Notes: generated by a model from the letters alone, not told the origin. A DNA stretch of 48,239 nucleotides from an uncultured Caulobacteraceae bacterium (GCA_937890965.1 CALAEG010000487.1:1-48239); one strand, 5' to 3'; positions 1 through 9,854 are shown, numbered from the stretch's first letter. Program-made: numbers and translations.

Positions 1-373
1 GGTAGAGGGCGATCGCCGGGGCGAGCGCGCTGTTGGTCTCCAGATAGAGTCGCGGCGCGCCACAGGCCCTGGCTCGCTCGATGCAGGCGGCCATCAGGGC
101 GCGGCCGTGACCCCTGCCCTTGTGCGGCTCGGCCACCGCCATCTTGGCCACCTCGAACCCGCCGTCGACAAGGGCCAGAAGGGCGCAGCAGCCGACCACC
201 TCGTCGGCCTCGACCAGGAACAGTATCCGGCCGCCGCGGTCGATGATCCGGCCTTGCGGGTCGTCCAGCACCTCATGGTCCTTGGCCTCGAGCGCGAAAT
301 ATTGCGTGATCCAGGCCTCGTTCAGCGCCTTGAAGGCGGCCGCGAGGTCGGGACGGTACTCGACGATCTGCAT
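1..373 (-). CDS. GNAT family N-acetyltransferase (3' end beyond window; absent from ORF track)
   Basis: Manual translation from ATG at 373 (alternative 382): MQIVEYRPDLAAAFKALNEAWITQYF...KMAVAEPHKGRGHGRALM...LYLETNSALAPAIALY, with acetyl-CoA motif (KGRGHG) and C-terminal N..A..LY motif. Confidence 0.88.
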   Translation of the reverse strand, partial: MQIVEYRPDLAAAFKALNEAWITQYFALEAKDHEVLDDPQGRIIDRGGRILFLVEADEVVGCCALLALVDGGFEVAKMAVAEPHKGRGHGRALMAACIERARACGAPRLYLETNSALAPAIALY

Positions 374-400
374 GGTCCCCATGCTAAAGCTTCCGCCGCC

Positions 401-1585
401 ATGGCCAACCCCATCTACCAAGCCCTGCCGACCACCATCTTCGCGGTGATGAGCGGCCTTGCCCGCGAGCTGGGAGCGATCAATCTGGGCCAGGGTTTTC
501 CCGACGAGCCAGGGCCGCGCGCCATCCGCGAGAAGGCGGCGCAAGAACTGCTGGACGGCGACAACCAGTACCCGCCCATGCCCGGCCTGCCTGAGCTGCG
601 CCAGGCGGTGGCGGCCCACTACCGCCGCACCCAGGGGCTAGATCTGGACTGGGCCTCGGAGGTCACCGTCACCTCGGGCGCCACCGAGGCCCTGGCCTGC
701 GCCTTTCTGGCCCTGCTCGAGGCCGGCGACGAGGCGGTGCTGTTCCAGCCGACCTACGATTCCTACCTGCCCATGGTTCGCCGCGCCGGCGGCGTCGGCA
801 AGCTTGTGCGGCTGCAGCCACCGGCCTGGCGCTTCGATCGCGTCGCCCTGGAGGCGGTCTTTTCGGAACGCACCAAGATCGTGGTGCTGAACACCCCGCT
901 CAATCCAGCCGCCAGCGTCTGCCCGGACGAAGACCTCGCCCTCCTGGCCGAGTTCTGCGTGCGCCATGACGCCGTCGCCGTCTGCGACGAGGTCTGGGAG
1001 CACGTCGTCTTCGATGGCCACGGTCACCGGCCGCTGATCAGCTATCCGGGCATGCGCGAGCGCACGGTAAAGATCGGCTCGGCCGGCAAGATGTTCGCCC
1101 TCACCGGCTGGAAGGTCGGTTTCCTGATGGCCGCGCCGCCCCTGACCCAGCTGCTATCCAAGGCTCACCAGTTCCTCACCTTCACCACCCCGCCCATGCT
1201 GCAGACGGCGGTGGCCTGGGGTCTCGCCAACAGCGACGACTGGTTCGCCGCCATGCCGCTCGATCTGGCCCGATCGCGCGACCGCCTGACCGAGGGCCTC
1301 CGCCGCGAAGGCTTCGCCGTCCTGGACAGCCAGGGCACCTATTTCCTCAATATCGACCTGGCGGGCTCCGGCGTCTTCGAGGACGACATGGCCTTTTGCC
1401 TGCGCGCGGTGAAGGAGGCCGGCGTCGCCGCTATCCCTGTCTCGGCCTTCTATGAGGCGGCGCCGGTCACCTCGATCGTGCGGCTTTGCTTCGCCAAGCG
1501 CGACGAGACGCTGGACGAGGGGGTGCGGCGGCTGGCCAAGGCGCGGGACCTGTCGCTGCGGGCTCACAATTCCGCTGGCCGATAG
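401..1585 (+). CDS. PLP-dependent class I/II aminotransferase (YbdL/methionine aminotransferase-like)
   Basis: AINLGQGFPD, DEVWEH and SAGKMFALTGWKVG motifs; start trimmed to MANPIY at 401 because the upstream part is antisense to the GNAT gene. Confidence 0.9.
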   Translation: MANPIYQALPTTIFAVMSGLARELGAINLGQGFPDEPGPRAIREKAAQELLDGDNQYPPMPGLPELRQAVAAHYRRTQGLDLDWASEVTVTSGATEALACAFLALLEAGDEAVLFQPTYDSYLPMVRRAGGVGKLVRLQPPAWRFDRVALEAVFSERTKIVVLNTPLNPAASVCPDEDLALLAEFCVRHDAVAVCDEVWEHVVFDGHGHRPLISYPGMRERTVKIGSAGKMFALTGWKVGFLMAAPPLTQLLSKAHQFLTFTTPPMLQTAVAWGLANSDDWFAAMPLDLARSRDRLTEGLRREGFAVLDSQGTYFLNIDLAGSGVFEDDMAFCLRAVKEAGVAAIPVSAFYEAAPVTSIVRLCFAKRDETLDEGVRRLAKARDLSLRAHNSAGR

Positions 1586-1639
1586 CGGCCCGGCTTGTGT
1601 TGTTGCAGACTGTCTTTCGTATCTGAGAAGGGGGGTGCG

Positions 1640-2314
1640 GTGGCCGGTGTTTTGAACGACGCGAAGCTTGAGGCCCTGCTGACGCGGCTGCAGGCGCAGA
1701 GCGAGGGCCAAGTCGAGGAAACCAACACCTATTTCCGCCGGCGAGCCGAGGCCGGCGAACTCAGTTGGGACGGGCTGGACGCCGAGTCCCACCGGTTCAT
1801 GGCCGACAAGCTGGTGGCGCTCGAGCCGGCGAAGGCCGCGTTCTGCTACCTGCTTTGCCGAGCGCTGGGCGCGCGCCGAGTGGTGGAGGTGGGCACCTCA
1901 TTCGGCGTCTCGACGCTCTACATGGCCAAGGCGTTGCGCGACAACGGCGGCGGTGTGGTGATCGGCACAGAGCACGAGCCTGAAAAGGCCAGATTGGCGC
2001 ACGCCCACTTTGAGGAGGCTGGGCTCGCCGACCTCATCGAGCTTCGGGAAGGCGACCTCCGCGAGACCTTGAAGACGCTCGAAGGTCCCATCGACTTCGT
2101 GCTGGTCGACATCTGGGTCGAGATGGCGCGGCCCGCCCTCGAACTCGTGGCGCCGCACCTTCGCCCAGGCGCGGTCGTCTGCGCCGACAACACCATCAGC
2201 GCTTCGCGGTCCTATGCCGCCTATTTCGCCTTCGTGAACGACCCAGCCAATGGTCTCGTCACCCATACCCTGCCGTTCGAGGGCGGGTTCGAGATGACCG
2301 TGAAGGTCGGTTGA
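1640..2314 (+). CDS. O-methyltransferase (Methyltransf_3/24-like)
   Basis: VVEVGTSFGVST SAM motif, IDFVLVD, LRPGAVVCADN; GTG start after AAGGGGG. Confidence 0.85.
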   Translation: MAGVLNDAKLEALLTRLQAQSEGQVEETNTYFRRRAEAGELSWDGLDAESHRFMADKLVALEPAKAAFCYLLCRALGARRVVEVGTSFGVSTLYMAKALRDNGGGVVIGTEHEPEKARLAHAHFEEAGLADLIELREGDLRETLKTLEGPIDFVLVDIWVEMARPALELVAPHLRPGAVVCADNTISASRSYAAYFAFVNDPANGLVTHTLPFEGGFEMTVKVG

Positions 2315-2328
2315 AAGGGAGAGACCCG

Positions 2329-2712
2329 ATGTTGGCGCAGGAAAAGCTGGTCGCGTTCTTGGGGACGTCGAACGCAGATGCCGCGCGCGCCTTCTACGAG
2401 GGCGTGCTGGGCCTGACCTTCGTCGCCGACCACGAGTACTTGGTCATCTTCGACTCGGGCGCGGCGCGGCTGATGCTGCAGAAGACAGATGCGGTGACCC
2501 CGCCTCACGGCACGGCCCTGGGTTGGCACGTTAAGGATTTGGCCGCCTCGATGAGAGATCTCGTCAGCCGCGGGGTGGCCTTCGAGCGCTTCGACGGCAT
2601 GGACCAGGACGAGATGGGCGTGTGGCGGCCCGAAGGACCGGCGACCGGCGTATGCTGGTTCAAGGACCCGGACGGAAATCTGCTCTCCCTGAGCCAGTCC
2701 GCTCCGGATTGA
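2329..2712 (+). CDS. VOC (glyoxalase/bleomycin resistance) family protein
   Basis: ARAFYEGVLGL and WFKDPDGNLLSL motifs; RBS GGGAGAG. Confidence 0.85.
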   Translation: MLAQEKLVAFLGTSNADAARAFYEGVLGLTFVADHEYLVIFDSGAARLMLQKTDAVTPPHGTALGWHVKDLAASMRDLVSRGVAFERFDGMDQDEMGVWRPEGPATGVCWFKDPDGNLLSLSQSAPD

Positions 2713-2716
2713 GCCG

Positions 2717-3517
2717 TTAGACCGTCGAGCCGCCGTCGACCACGATGGCCTGGCCGGTCATCCACGAGCCGGACTTGCCGGCCAGGAAGACCGCCGCGCC
2801 GGCGATGTCGTCGGGCTCGCCAAGGCGGCGCAGGGGGGTGCCGGACGACGAGCGGCGCTCGGCCTCGGGCGTGTCCCATAGCGCGCGCGCGAAGTCGGTC
2901 TTCACCAGTCCCGGCGCGATGCAGTTGACGCGTATATTGTCCGGTCCCAGCTCATGGGCGAGGTTGCGCGCCAGCTGGAAGTCAGCGGCCTTGGAGATGT
3001 TGTAGGCGCCGATCACGGCGTTGCCGCGCAGGCCGCCGATGGACGAGATGATGATGATCGCCCCGTCCTTGCGCGCCTTCATCTCCGGCGCGACCATTTG
3101 GATCAGCCAGTGGTTGGAGATGATGTTGTTGTCGAGGATCTTGCGGAAGGCGTCGTCGCTGATCCCGCTCATCGGCCCGTAATAGGGGTTGGAGGCGGCG
3201 TTGCAGACCAGGATGTCGACCTTGCCGAAGGCCTTCCGGGTCTCGTCGATCAGGCGCTGCAGGTCGTCCTTCGAGGAGATGCTGGCCGGGATGGCGATGG
3301 CCGCGCCCGCGTGCTTGGCGTTGATCGCGGCGGCGACCTCATCGCAGGGGCCGGCCTTGCGCGAGGAGATCACCACCTTGGCGCCGTGATCGGCCATGCG
3401 CTCGGCGATCGCCTTGCCGATGCCGCGCGAAGACCCGGTGATGACGGCCACCTTGCCGGAAAGATCGAACAACTCGGACATCCCGGCGCGGGTCTGGATT
3501 TCGGCATCGGCGGACAT
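2717..3517 (-). CDS. SDR family oxidoreductase (DHRS4-like)
   Basis: TGSSRGIG, CNAA, YNISK catalytic motif, IRVNCIAPG; RBS AGGGAG before ATG 3517. Confidence 0.92.
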   Translation of the reverse strand: MSADAEIQTRAGMSELFDLSGKVAVITGSSRGIGKAIAERMADHGAKVVISSRKAGPCDEVAAAINAKHAGAAIAIPASISSKDDLQRLIDETRKAFGKVDILVCNAASNPYYGPMSGISDDAFRKILDNNIISNHWLIQMVAPEMKARKDGAIIIISSIGGLRGNAVIGAYNISKAADFQLARNLAHELGPDNIRVNCIAPGLVKTDFARALWDTPEAERRSSSGTPLRRLGEPDDIAGAAVFLAGKSGSWMTGQAIVVDGGSTV

Positions 3518-3621
3518 GGGCTGGCTCCCTAAAACGCTTGTTTGATTGGCGGCGGGCACCCTGCCCTTGAGGCAAACCCAAGGTCAAGCCGGAAGGGGTC
3601 GCGTTCTGAGGCGGCTTCGCG

Positions 3622-3736
3622 CTAGATCACGATGATTTTGGATTGAAAATCCAAAACCATAAACGTGATCGATTCTAACGGTTAGAGCGGGTTGCGGGCG
3701 GAAAACTGCTTCGCACTTTACCTCAACCCGCTCTAG
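3622..3736. repeat. 115-bp two-hairpin intergenic palindromic element (CIR/RIME-like)
   Basis: CTAG at both ends; hairpin 1 GATCACG..TTTTGGATT/AATCCAAAA..CGTGATC; central GATTC (GANTC); hairpin 2 TAGAGCGGGTTG/CAACCCGCTCTA; more AT-rich than flanks. Confidence 0.8.
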
Positions 3737-3744
3737 ACAGGGCC

Positions 3745-4842
3745 ATGGCCGAGGGCGACGCCAAACCCGCATCAGCCGCCGCGACCGTCCGGTTCGGCGA
3801 AGGCTTCCTGCGCGACATCTGGTATTTCGCTGCCCTGGGCCACGACCTGAAGCCCGGCAAGCTGCAGCGCTACGAGATCCTGGGCGAACCCATCCTGCTG
3901 GGCCGCACCCGCGCCGGCGCCGCCTACGGGCTGCGCGACGTCTGTCCCCACCGCGCCGCGCCGCTGTCGGCTGGCAGGCTGGTCAAGGGCGAGGAAGGGG
4001 CCGAATTGGTGGAGTGCCCCTATCACGGCTGGCGCTGGCGCACCGACGGAGCCTGCGCCGCCATCCCGTCGCTGGTGGACGAACAGGAAATGGACATCGG
4101 CCGCATCCGTGTGCGCGCCTATCCGGTCGCCGAGAGCCAGGGTCTGGTCTTCGTCTGGATGGGCGCGAACGCCGCAAGCGAACCTGACCAGACGCCGCCG
4201 GTCTTCCCCGGCATGGTCGGGGGCCGGCCGAAGCTTGTCGACCGCATGGTGTTCGACGCCCATATCGACCACGCGGTGGTCGGGCTGATGGACCCCACCC
4301 ACGGGCCTTACGTGCATCAGAACTGGTGGTGGCGCTCGACGGCCTCCCAGCACGACAAGGCCAAGGAATTCGAGCCGCGCGAGGCGGGCTTCGCCATGGC
4401 CCGGCATGCGCCGTCGAGCAATTCCTACGCCTATCGTATCCTGGGCGGCGCGCCGCAGACCGAGATCGTCTTTCGCCTGCCCGGCCTGCGCTGGGAGCAT
4501 ATCCAGGTCGGCCAGCGCCAGGTGCTGGCCCTGACCTGCCTGACCCCGGTCGACGAGACCCATACCCGCATCACCCAGATCATGTGGTCCGACCACCCGG
4601 CCTTCACCCTGCTCAAGCCCTTCATCGCCAGCGGGGCGCGCAAGTTCCTGCGCCAGGACGCCGCCATGGTGGATTTGCAGAACCAGGGCCTGGCCTATGA
4701 CCCGACCCTGCTCTGGATCGACGACGCCGACGCCCAGGCCAAATGGTACCAGGCCCTGAAACGCGAATGGACCGCCAGCCGCGCCACGGGTCGGCCGTTT
4801 CAGAACCCGGTCACGGCCGCGGTGCTGAGGTGGCGGAGCTAG
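3745..4842 (+). CDS. Rieske non-heme iron oxygenase alpha subunit (VanA-like)
   Basis: CPHR...CPYHGW Rieske motif; MDPTHGPYVH iron-binding motif; C-terminal QD. Confidence 0.9.
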   Translation: MAEGDAKPASAAATVRFGEGFLRDIWYFAALGHDLKPGKLQRYEILGEPILLGRTRAGAAYGLRDVCPHRAAPLSAGRLVKGEEGAELVECPYHGWRWRTDGACAAIPSLVDEQEMDIGRIRVRAYPVAESQGLVFVWMGANAASEPDQTPPVFPGMVGGRPKLVDRMVFDAHIDHAVVGLMDPTHGPYVHQNWWWRSTASQHDKAKEFEPREAGFAMARHAPSSNSYAYRILGGAPQTEIVFRLPGLRWEHIQVGQRQVLALTCLTPVDETHTRITQIMWSDHPAFTLLKPFIASGARKFLRQDAAMVDLQNQGLAYDPTLLWIDDADAQAKWYQALKREWTASRATGRPFQNPVTAAVLRWRS

Positions 4843-6805
4843 CCTGAACGGGCGGCGCGGGATCGGGCGGATTGTATTTCAGGACGAAGGCGACCGAGGC
4901 CTTGACCATGGCGATGCGGGTCGCCTCCTTCAGGAAGTGGTGGTCGGCGCCGTCCAGCGGGATGAACTCCACCGGCTTGCCCGCCCGCTTCAGGGCGTCG
5001 GCCATGCCGACGCTTTCGTCGAAGGGCAACACCGTATCGTCCTTGCCGTGGATCAGCAGGATCGGCGCGTCGGCGCGCCCGGCGAGGTTGACTGGCGAGA
5101 TGCCGGCGAAATCACCGCCGAAGGTGGCCTTCGCGCCTATGAAGGATCGCCAGTATCGCATGGTGGCGCCCTCTGACCCGTTGGCGTCGCCCGCATAGCT
5201 GAGCATGGCCGCTAGGTCTGATGCGCCGGCGACGGAGACAGCGCAGCGATAGAGCCCGTTCTGCACCGTCACGCCGGCAAGCGCGGCGTAGCCGCCGTAG
5301 CTCCCGCCGACGATGCAGGCCCGCTTCGGATCCACGACGCCTTGCCGCGCCAGTTCGGCCAGGCCGTCGGAGACATCGGTCTGCATCTTTCGGCCCCACT
5401 GGCCGAAGCCGGCGTCGCGGAAGGCTTTCCCATAGTCCGACGAGCCGCGGAAATTCGGCTGGAACACCGCATAGCCTTGCGCCACGAAAGCCTGGGCCCA
5501 CCAGTCGAAGACCGGGTAGTCGCGGTCTTCCGGCCCGCCGTGCGGCATGACGATCACCGGAAGCCCCTTGGCGGTCCGCCCAGGCGGCAGGCTGAGGACG
5601 CCGTGGAGATCCAGGCCATCGGCAGCTTTCCAGTTCACCATCTGAATCGGCCCGACGTCGCTCGGTTGAACGTCCGGATAGGCGTAGCCGAGCGGATTGG
5701 CCTTGTGGCCGGCGACATCGACCAGCCAGTAGGTCCCGGAATCCCCGGTCCCGCTCGTGAACACCATCAGCCGGTTGAAATCGGCGTCATAGGAGATCAG
5801 CCGCGCCGACAGCCCCTTGAATGCGCGCCGCACCGATTGCATGCGCGCGTTCCACGTCGTGTCCGACAGAGTGACCTCGGACGTGTCGCCTTCGTTGATC
5901 TGGCCGATCCAGAGGTTGGTCTTGCGATCGAATAGCGGCTCCCGGATTCCCGCGCCGTCATCGATCACCTCCGGCGCGGCGCCGGAGAGCGGCGCCTGTT
6001 CGTAATCATACTGCTCGCCGCCGGGCTGTTCGACGAGGACCTTGTCGGCGGTTCTGCCCCTAGCCAGAAGAATCTCTCCAAAGGGATTACGGCCTGAACT
6101 GATCGGATCGCCCGCCCCGTCGCCAGCCAGGACGGCCCAGTCGCCGGTTTTCTCGTGATAGAGCAGACGCGCGACGATCGCGCCGCCCGGATCGATCAAC
6201 CAGCCCTGAGAGGCATCGACCCCGTGAGCCGCGATCGTGGTTACCCCACTGTCGAGATCGACGCTGTAGAGGTCCGGGTAACCATGGTCGAGGGCGTAAC
6301 CGTTCAGCCCCTTTTTCAGGGTGACCCCGCCGAAACAGGCGTACCAGCGGCCGTTCACCTGGGCGCCACCGTCATAACCGAAGACCGCGTTCAGGATCGT
6401 CGGTTCGCTGCGAAAGATGGAAATCGCCTTTCCCGTCGTTACGTTGATGGCGATGATGGCGCTCATCTCTTGTCTGGTCGACACGAACACGAACCCAGGG
6501 CCGAGATCCGCCGTGTGGCTGACCTCGACCAGCAGGTGGTCGTCGCCCGCCCAGTAGACGCCAACCACCTTGGCCTTGCCGACGTCGCTGACGAACAGCG
6601 CCTGGTTGCCGTCGACCGCCGCGGCGACCAGCTTGCGCGCGTCGCCATCGACGGTGACATAGGCGTAGCGCGCCCCCGACGGCGAAAGACTGACATCCTC
6701 CATCGCCGGCAGCCGCGCATAGGCCTCGACCGGCGGCGCTGCACGGGCGGAGGTGGCCGCAAGGCCGGCGCAGACGAGTACAAACGCAACAACAAAGCGA
6801 AACAT
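4811..6805 (-). CDS. S9 (prolyl oligopeptidase family) peptidase, secreted, copy 2
   Basis: Signal peptide; PHGGP, QPNFRGS, GGSYGG (Ser), HGKDDTV (Asp), ADHH (His). Confidence 0.92.
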   Translation of the reverse strand: MFRFVVAFVLVCAGLAATSARAAPPVEAYARLPAMEDVSLSPSGARYAYVTVDGDARKLVAAAVDGNQALFVSDVGKAKVVGVYWAGDDHLLVEVSHTADLGPGFVFVSTRQEMSAIIAINVTTGKAISIFRSEPTILNAVFGYDGGAQVNGRWYACFGGVTLKKGLNGYALDHGYPDLYSVDLDSGVTTIAAHGVDASQGWLIDPGGAIVARLLYHEKTGDWAVLAGDGAGDPISSGRNPFGEILLARGRTADKVLVEQPGGEQYDYEQAPLSGAAPEVIDDGAGIREPLFDRKTNLWIGQINEGDTSEVTLSDTTWNARMQSVRRAFKGLSARLISYDADFNRLMVFTSGTGDSGTYWLVDVAGHKANPLGYAYPDVQPSDVGPIQMVNWKAADGLDLHGVLSLPPGRTAKGLPVIVMPHGGPEDRDYPVFDWWAQAFVAQGYAVFQPNFRGSSDYGKAFRDAGFGQWGRKMQTDVSDGLAELARQGVVDPKRACIVGGSYGGYAALAGVTVQNGLYRCAVSVAGASDLAAMLSYAGDANGSEGATMRYWRSFIGAKATFGGDFAGISPVNLAGRADAPILLIHGKDDTVLPFDESVGMADALKRAGKPVEFIPLDGADHHFLKEATRIAMVKASVAFVLKYNPPDPAPPVQASSATSAPRP

Positions 6806-6814
6806 CGATACTTC

Positions 6815-8797
6815 CTAAGGCGCGGTGGAGGTGGCTGAGGGGCTCGGCGGCGGCGCAGGGTCCGGAGGATTGTATTTTTCCACGAACGCGACGGAGCGCG
6901 TGGCCATCGTCAGGCGGGTGTCCTCGTGCAGCAGCCAATGGTCGGCGTTCGGCAGGACGACCAGGTCGACCGGTTTGCCCGCCTGGCGCAGCGCCTTCTC
7001 CATCGCGCGGCTCTGGTCGATCGGCACTACCGTGTCGTCGTTGCCGTGGATGAGCAGGATCGGCGCGTCGGCGCCAGCGGCGAGCTTGACCGGCGAATAG
7101 GGGTTGAGTTCGTTCTGATACCCGAAGTTCACACCCATGAACGCCTTCCAGTAGCGTTCGGCGGAGTTATCGCCCTCGGTTCGACTGATCGTCTCGCTGA
7201 TCATCGCAGCGGGATCCGACACCCCCGCGACGGAGACCGAGCAACGATAAAGGCCGTGCTGCACGGTCACGCCAGCCAGGGCCGCATAGCCGCCATAGCT
7301 GGCGCCGACGATACAGGCGCGTTTGGGATCGACAACGCCGCGACGGGCCAGTTCGGCGACGCCGTCCGAGATGTCCGTCTGCATCTTTCGGCCCCATTGG
7401 CCGAACCCGGCGTTGCGGAACTCCGTACCGTACCCGGACGAACCGCGGAAATTGGGTTGAAACACCGCATAGCCTCGCGAGGCGAAGGCCTGGGCCCACC
7501 AGTCGAACACCGGATAGTCCCGCGCCTCCGGCCCGCCATGCGGCATGACCACTAGCGGCAGGTTCTTGGCCGGACGGCCGGGCGGCAGGCTGAGCACCCC
7601 ATGCAGGGCCGAGCCGTCCTCAGCCTTCCAATCAACCATCTGGATCGGCCCAACATCATCTGCCTCCACGTCCGGATAGGCATAGCCGAGCACCTGGGCC
7701 TTGCCGGTGGAGATGTTGACCAGCCAGTACGCGCCTGAATCGTCGCCCCCCGTCGTGAACACGATCATGGTCTGGAAATCTTCGCTCCAGGAGACCAGCT
7801 TGACCGTTTCGCCCGGGAAAGCCTTGCGCGCCCCGCGTACCTTGGCCTCGAGGACCGGCGCGAACATGGTCGCCTCCGGCACATCGGCGTCTTCCGCTTT
7901 CCCGATCCAAAGGCGGGTATTTCGATCGAAGAAGCGCTCGGCCGAGTCTTTTCCCTGCGGTACGTCTACGGCCGGTGCGCCTGCGAGGGACAGCTCCTGG
8001 AGCTGTGTCCCGCCGTCAGCCGTTGGCCGGTCGATCAGCACCGTGTCAGGCGTGCGTCCGCGTTCGAGGTCGACACCGCCGAACTCGCTGGTTCCCGAGG
8101 CCAGCACCTTGGCGCCGTACCCGCCCTCCAGGATCTGCCAACGGCCGCTATCCCGCGTATAGAGACTTCGCGCCAATACGGCGCCCGCCGGATCGACCAC
8201 CCAGCCCTCAACATCGGGCGAGCCGGGAGCGGCGAGTTGGACATCACCGGTGTCGAGGTCAACCCGGTAAAGGTCGGCATAGCCGTGGTCGAGAAAGTGA
8301 TCGCCCACCCCGGAACTATAGGTGATTCCGCCGAAGTAGCCGTACCAGTGGTCATTGATCTGAGCGACGCCGTACTGACCTTCGACCAGATGGGCGAGAT
8401 CGCCGCGATTTCCAAAGACGACGAAATTCTTGTGGGTTCGCAGGTCAAGCACGATCACAACGGCGAGCTCGGCCTCTTCGGTGGTGAAGTGCGCGCCGAT
8501 GTCGGTTGTGGTGCTGGCGGTGACCAGCAGGTGGTCTTCGCCTGCCCACTGGATGCCGATCACCTTGGTGATCCCGGTCGGCGCCATGACTTGAACGCCG
8601 TCCTGCTTGGTGGCGATCATCAGTTGGCGTGTGTCGCCATTCACCCCGACATAGGCCAGACCGTCGCCCGACGGCGACAGCGTCATGAGATCCACGGCTG
8701 GCAGCTTGCCATAGGTCTCTACCGGCGGCGCGGCGCGCACAGGAGCGGCCGCGAAAACAAGGCCGGCGAACAGCGCGGCCACCAAGCTACGAAACAT
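6815..8797 (-). CDS. S9 (prolyl oligopeptidase family) peptidase, secreted, copy 1
   Basis: Start MFRSLVAALF at 8797 (the ORF-track extension is antisense to rsmD); PHGGP, GASYGG, HGNDDTV, ADHW. Confidence 0.92.
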   Translation of the reverse strand: MFRSLVAALFAGLVFAAAPVRAAPPVETYGKLPAVDLMTLSPSGDGLAYVGVNGDTRQLMIATKQDGVQVMAPTGITKVIGIQWAGEDHLLVTASTTTDIGAHFTTEEAELAVVIVLDLRTHKNFVVFGNRGDLAHLVEGQYGVAQINDHWYGYFGGITYSSGVGDHFLDHGYADLYRVDLDTGDVQLAAPGSPDVEGWVVDPAGAVLARSLYTRDSGRWQILEGGYGAKVLASGTSEFGGVDLERGRTPDTVLIDRPTADGGTQLQELSLAGAPAVDVPQGKDSAERFFDRNTRLWIGKAEDADVPEATMFAPVLEAKVRGARKAFPGETVKLVSWSEDFQTMIVFTTGGDDSGAYWLVNISTGKAQVLGYAYPDVEADDVGPIQMVDWKAEDGSALHGVLSLPPGRPAKNLPLVVMPHGGPEARDYPVFDWWAQAFASRGYAVFQPNFRGSSGYGTEFRNAGFGQWGRKMQTDISDGVAELARRGVVDPKRACIVGASYGGYAALAGVTVQHGLYRCSVSVAGVSDPAAMISETISRTEGDNSAERYWKAFMGVNFGYQNELNPYSPVKLAAGADAPILLIHGNDDTVVPIDQSRAMEKALRQAGKPVDLVVLPNADHWLLHEDTRLTMATRSVAFVEKYNPPDPAPPPSPSATSTAP

Positions 8798-8887
8798 GCG
8801 AAACTCCCCACCCGGAGCGCATCTTTCGGTTGTTGTGGGAAAGGTCAATACGCGCGTGAAGACCAACCGAGAATCGGCGCTATCGCG

Positions 8888-9475
8888 ATGCGCATAGTGG
8901 CCGGCCTCTATCGCGGGCGCAGCCTGATCGCGCCGGCGGGACTGGCGACGCGGCCGACGGCGGATCGGGCGCGGCAGGCGGGGTTCAACGTGCTCGAACA
9001 TGCCGCCTGGTCGCCGGGATTGCGGGGCGCGCGGGTCATCGACCTGTTCGCCGGATCGGGCGCGCTCGGGCTGGAAGCCCTGTCGCGCGGCGCGGATTTC
9101 TGTCTGTTCGTCGAGACCGACGCCGACGCGCGGGGCGCGATCCGCGACAATCTCGAGACCCTGGCGGCCGATGGCGCGCTGTTCGGTCGCAGCCGCATCC
9201 ACAGGCGCGACGCCACCGACCTTGGCAAGAAGCCGGCCGGCGACGGCGCCCGTTTCGACCTGGCCTTTCTCGACCCGCCCTATGCCAGCGGGCTTGGCGA
9301 GCGCGCCCTGGCGTCGCTGGCCAAGGACGGCTGGCTCAAGGCCGGCGCGATCTGCGTCTTCGAACGCGGCGCGGACGAGCCCACCCCCACCGTCGCCGGC
9401 TTCGAGGCCCTCGACGATCGCCGCTACGGGGCGGCGCGCGTGCATGTGCTGAAGTACTCACCAGGCGCGGCTTGA
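8888..9475 (+). CDS. rsmD: 16S rRNA m2G966 methyltransferase RsmD
   Basis: [44 protein letters not shown]. Confidence 0.95.
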   Translation: MRIVAGLYRGRSLIAPAGLATRPTADRARQAGFNVLEHAAWSPGLRGARVIDLFAGSGALGLEALSRGADFCLFVETDADARGAIRDNLETLAADGALFGRSRIHRRDATDLGKKPAGDGARFDLAFLDPPYASGLGERALASLAKDGWLKAGAICVFERGADEPTPTVAGFEALDDRRYGAARVHVLKYSPGAA

Positions 9476-9733
9476 GGTGCGGTTGTCGCCCTGGCTGCGC
9501 AGGCAGAGCGCCCCCTCACGCGTGATGCGATAGGGGCCGCCGTCGCGGCTGATGATCAGCCGGCGGCGTTTCAGCGCCTTGAAGACGTCGAGCGTGCAGT
9601 CCGGCAGGACCCAGCCGGTATGGGTGAGACATTCGGCGGCGACAGGGGTGCCCCTGTCGTCGCGTTCGAGCAGGATGCGTCCGCCCTGGGCGAGCGCGTG
9701 CAGCGTGCGTTGCTGCGATTTGGAGATGTTCAC
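9458..9733 (-). CDS. yjhX: YjhX/TopAI family protein (UPF0386)
   Basis: GTG start: (M)[19 protein letters not shown]...[24 protein letters not shown]...VRSQ-like C-terminus, typical of YjhX. Confidence 0.85.
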   Translation of the reverse strand: MNISKSQQRTLHALAQGGRILLERDDRGTPVAAECLTHTGWVLPDCTLDVFKALKRRRLIISRDGGPYRITREGALCLRSQGDNRTSSRAW

Positions 9734-9854
9734 TCGAGAGAGTCCGAAAGGCATGGCCAAAGGCGCCTCGAGCGCGGTGGCGTTCGAGGCGAGCGAGTTT
9801 CCAGGCCTTGCTTACGGGCGTCGGGCGAAACCCCGGGCGCCGGTCACGAAGGCC

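Noticed and set aside
107-400. N-terminal extension of the 492-aa aminotransferase ORF
   Set aside because: It is the antisense of the GNAT gene; family similarity starts at MANPIY (401)
8237-9445. Long extensions of the rsmD (412 aa) and peptidase (876 aa) ORFs suggesting overlapping or fused genes
   Set aside because: Each extension is the antisense frame of the other gene; real starts are 8888 and 8797
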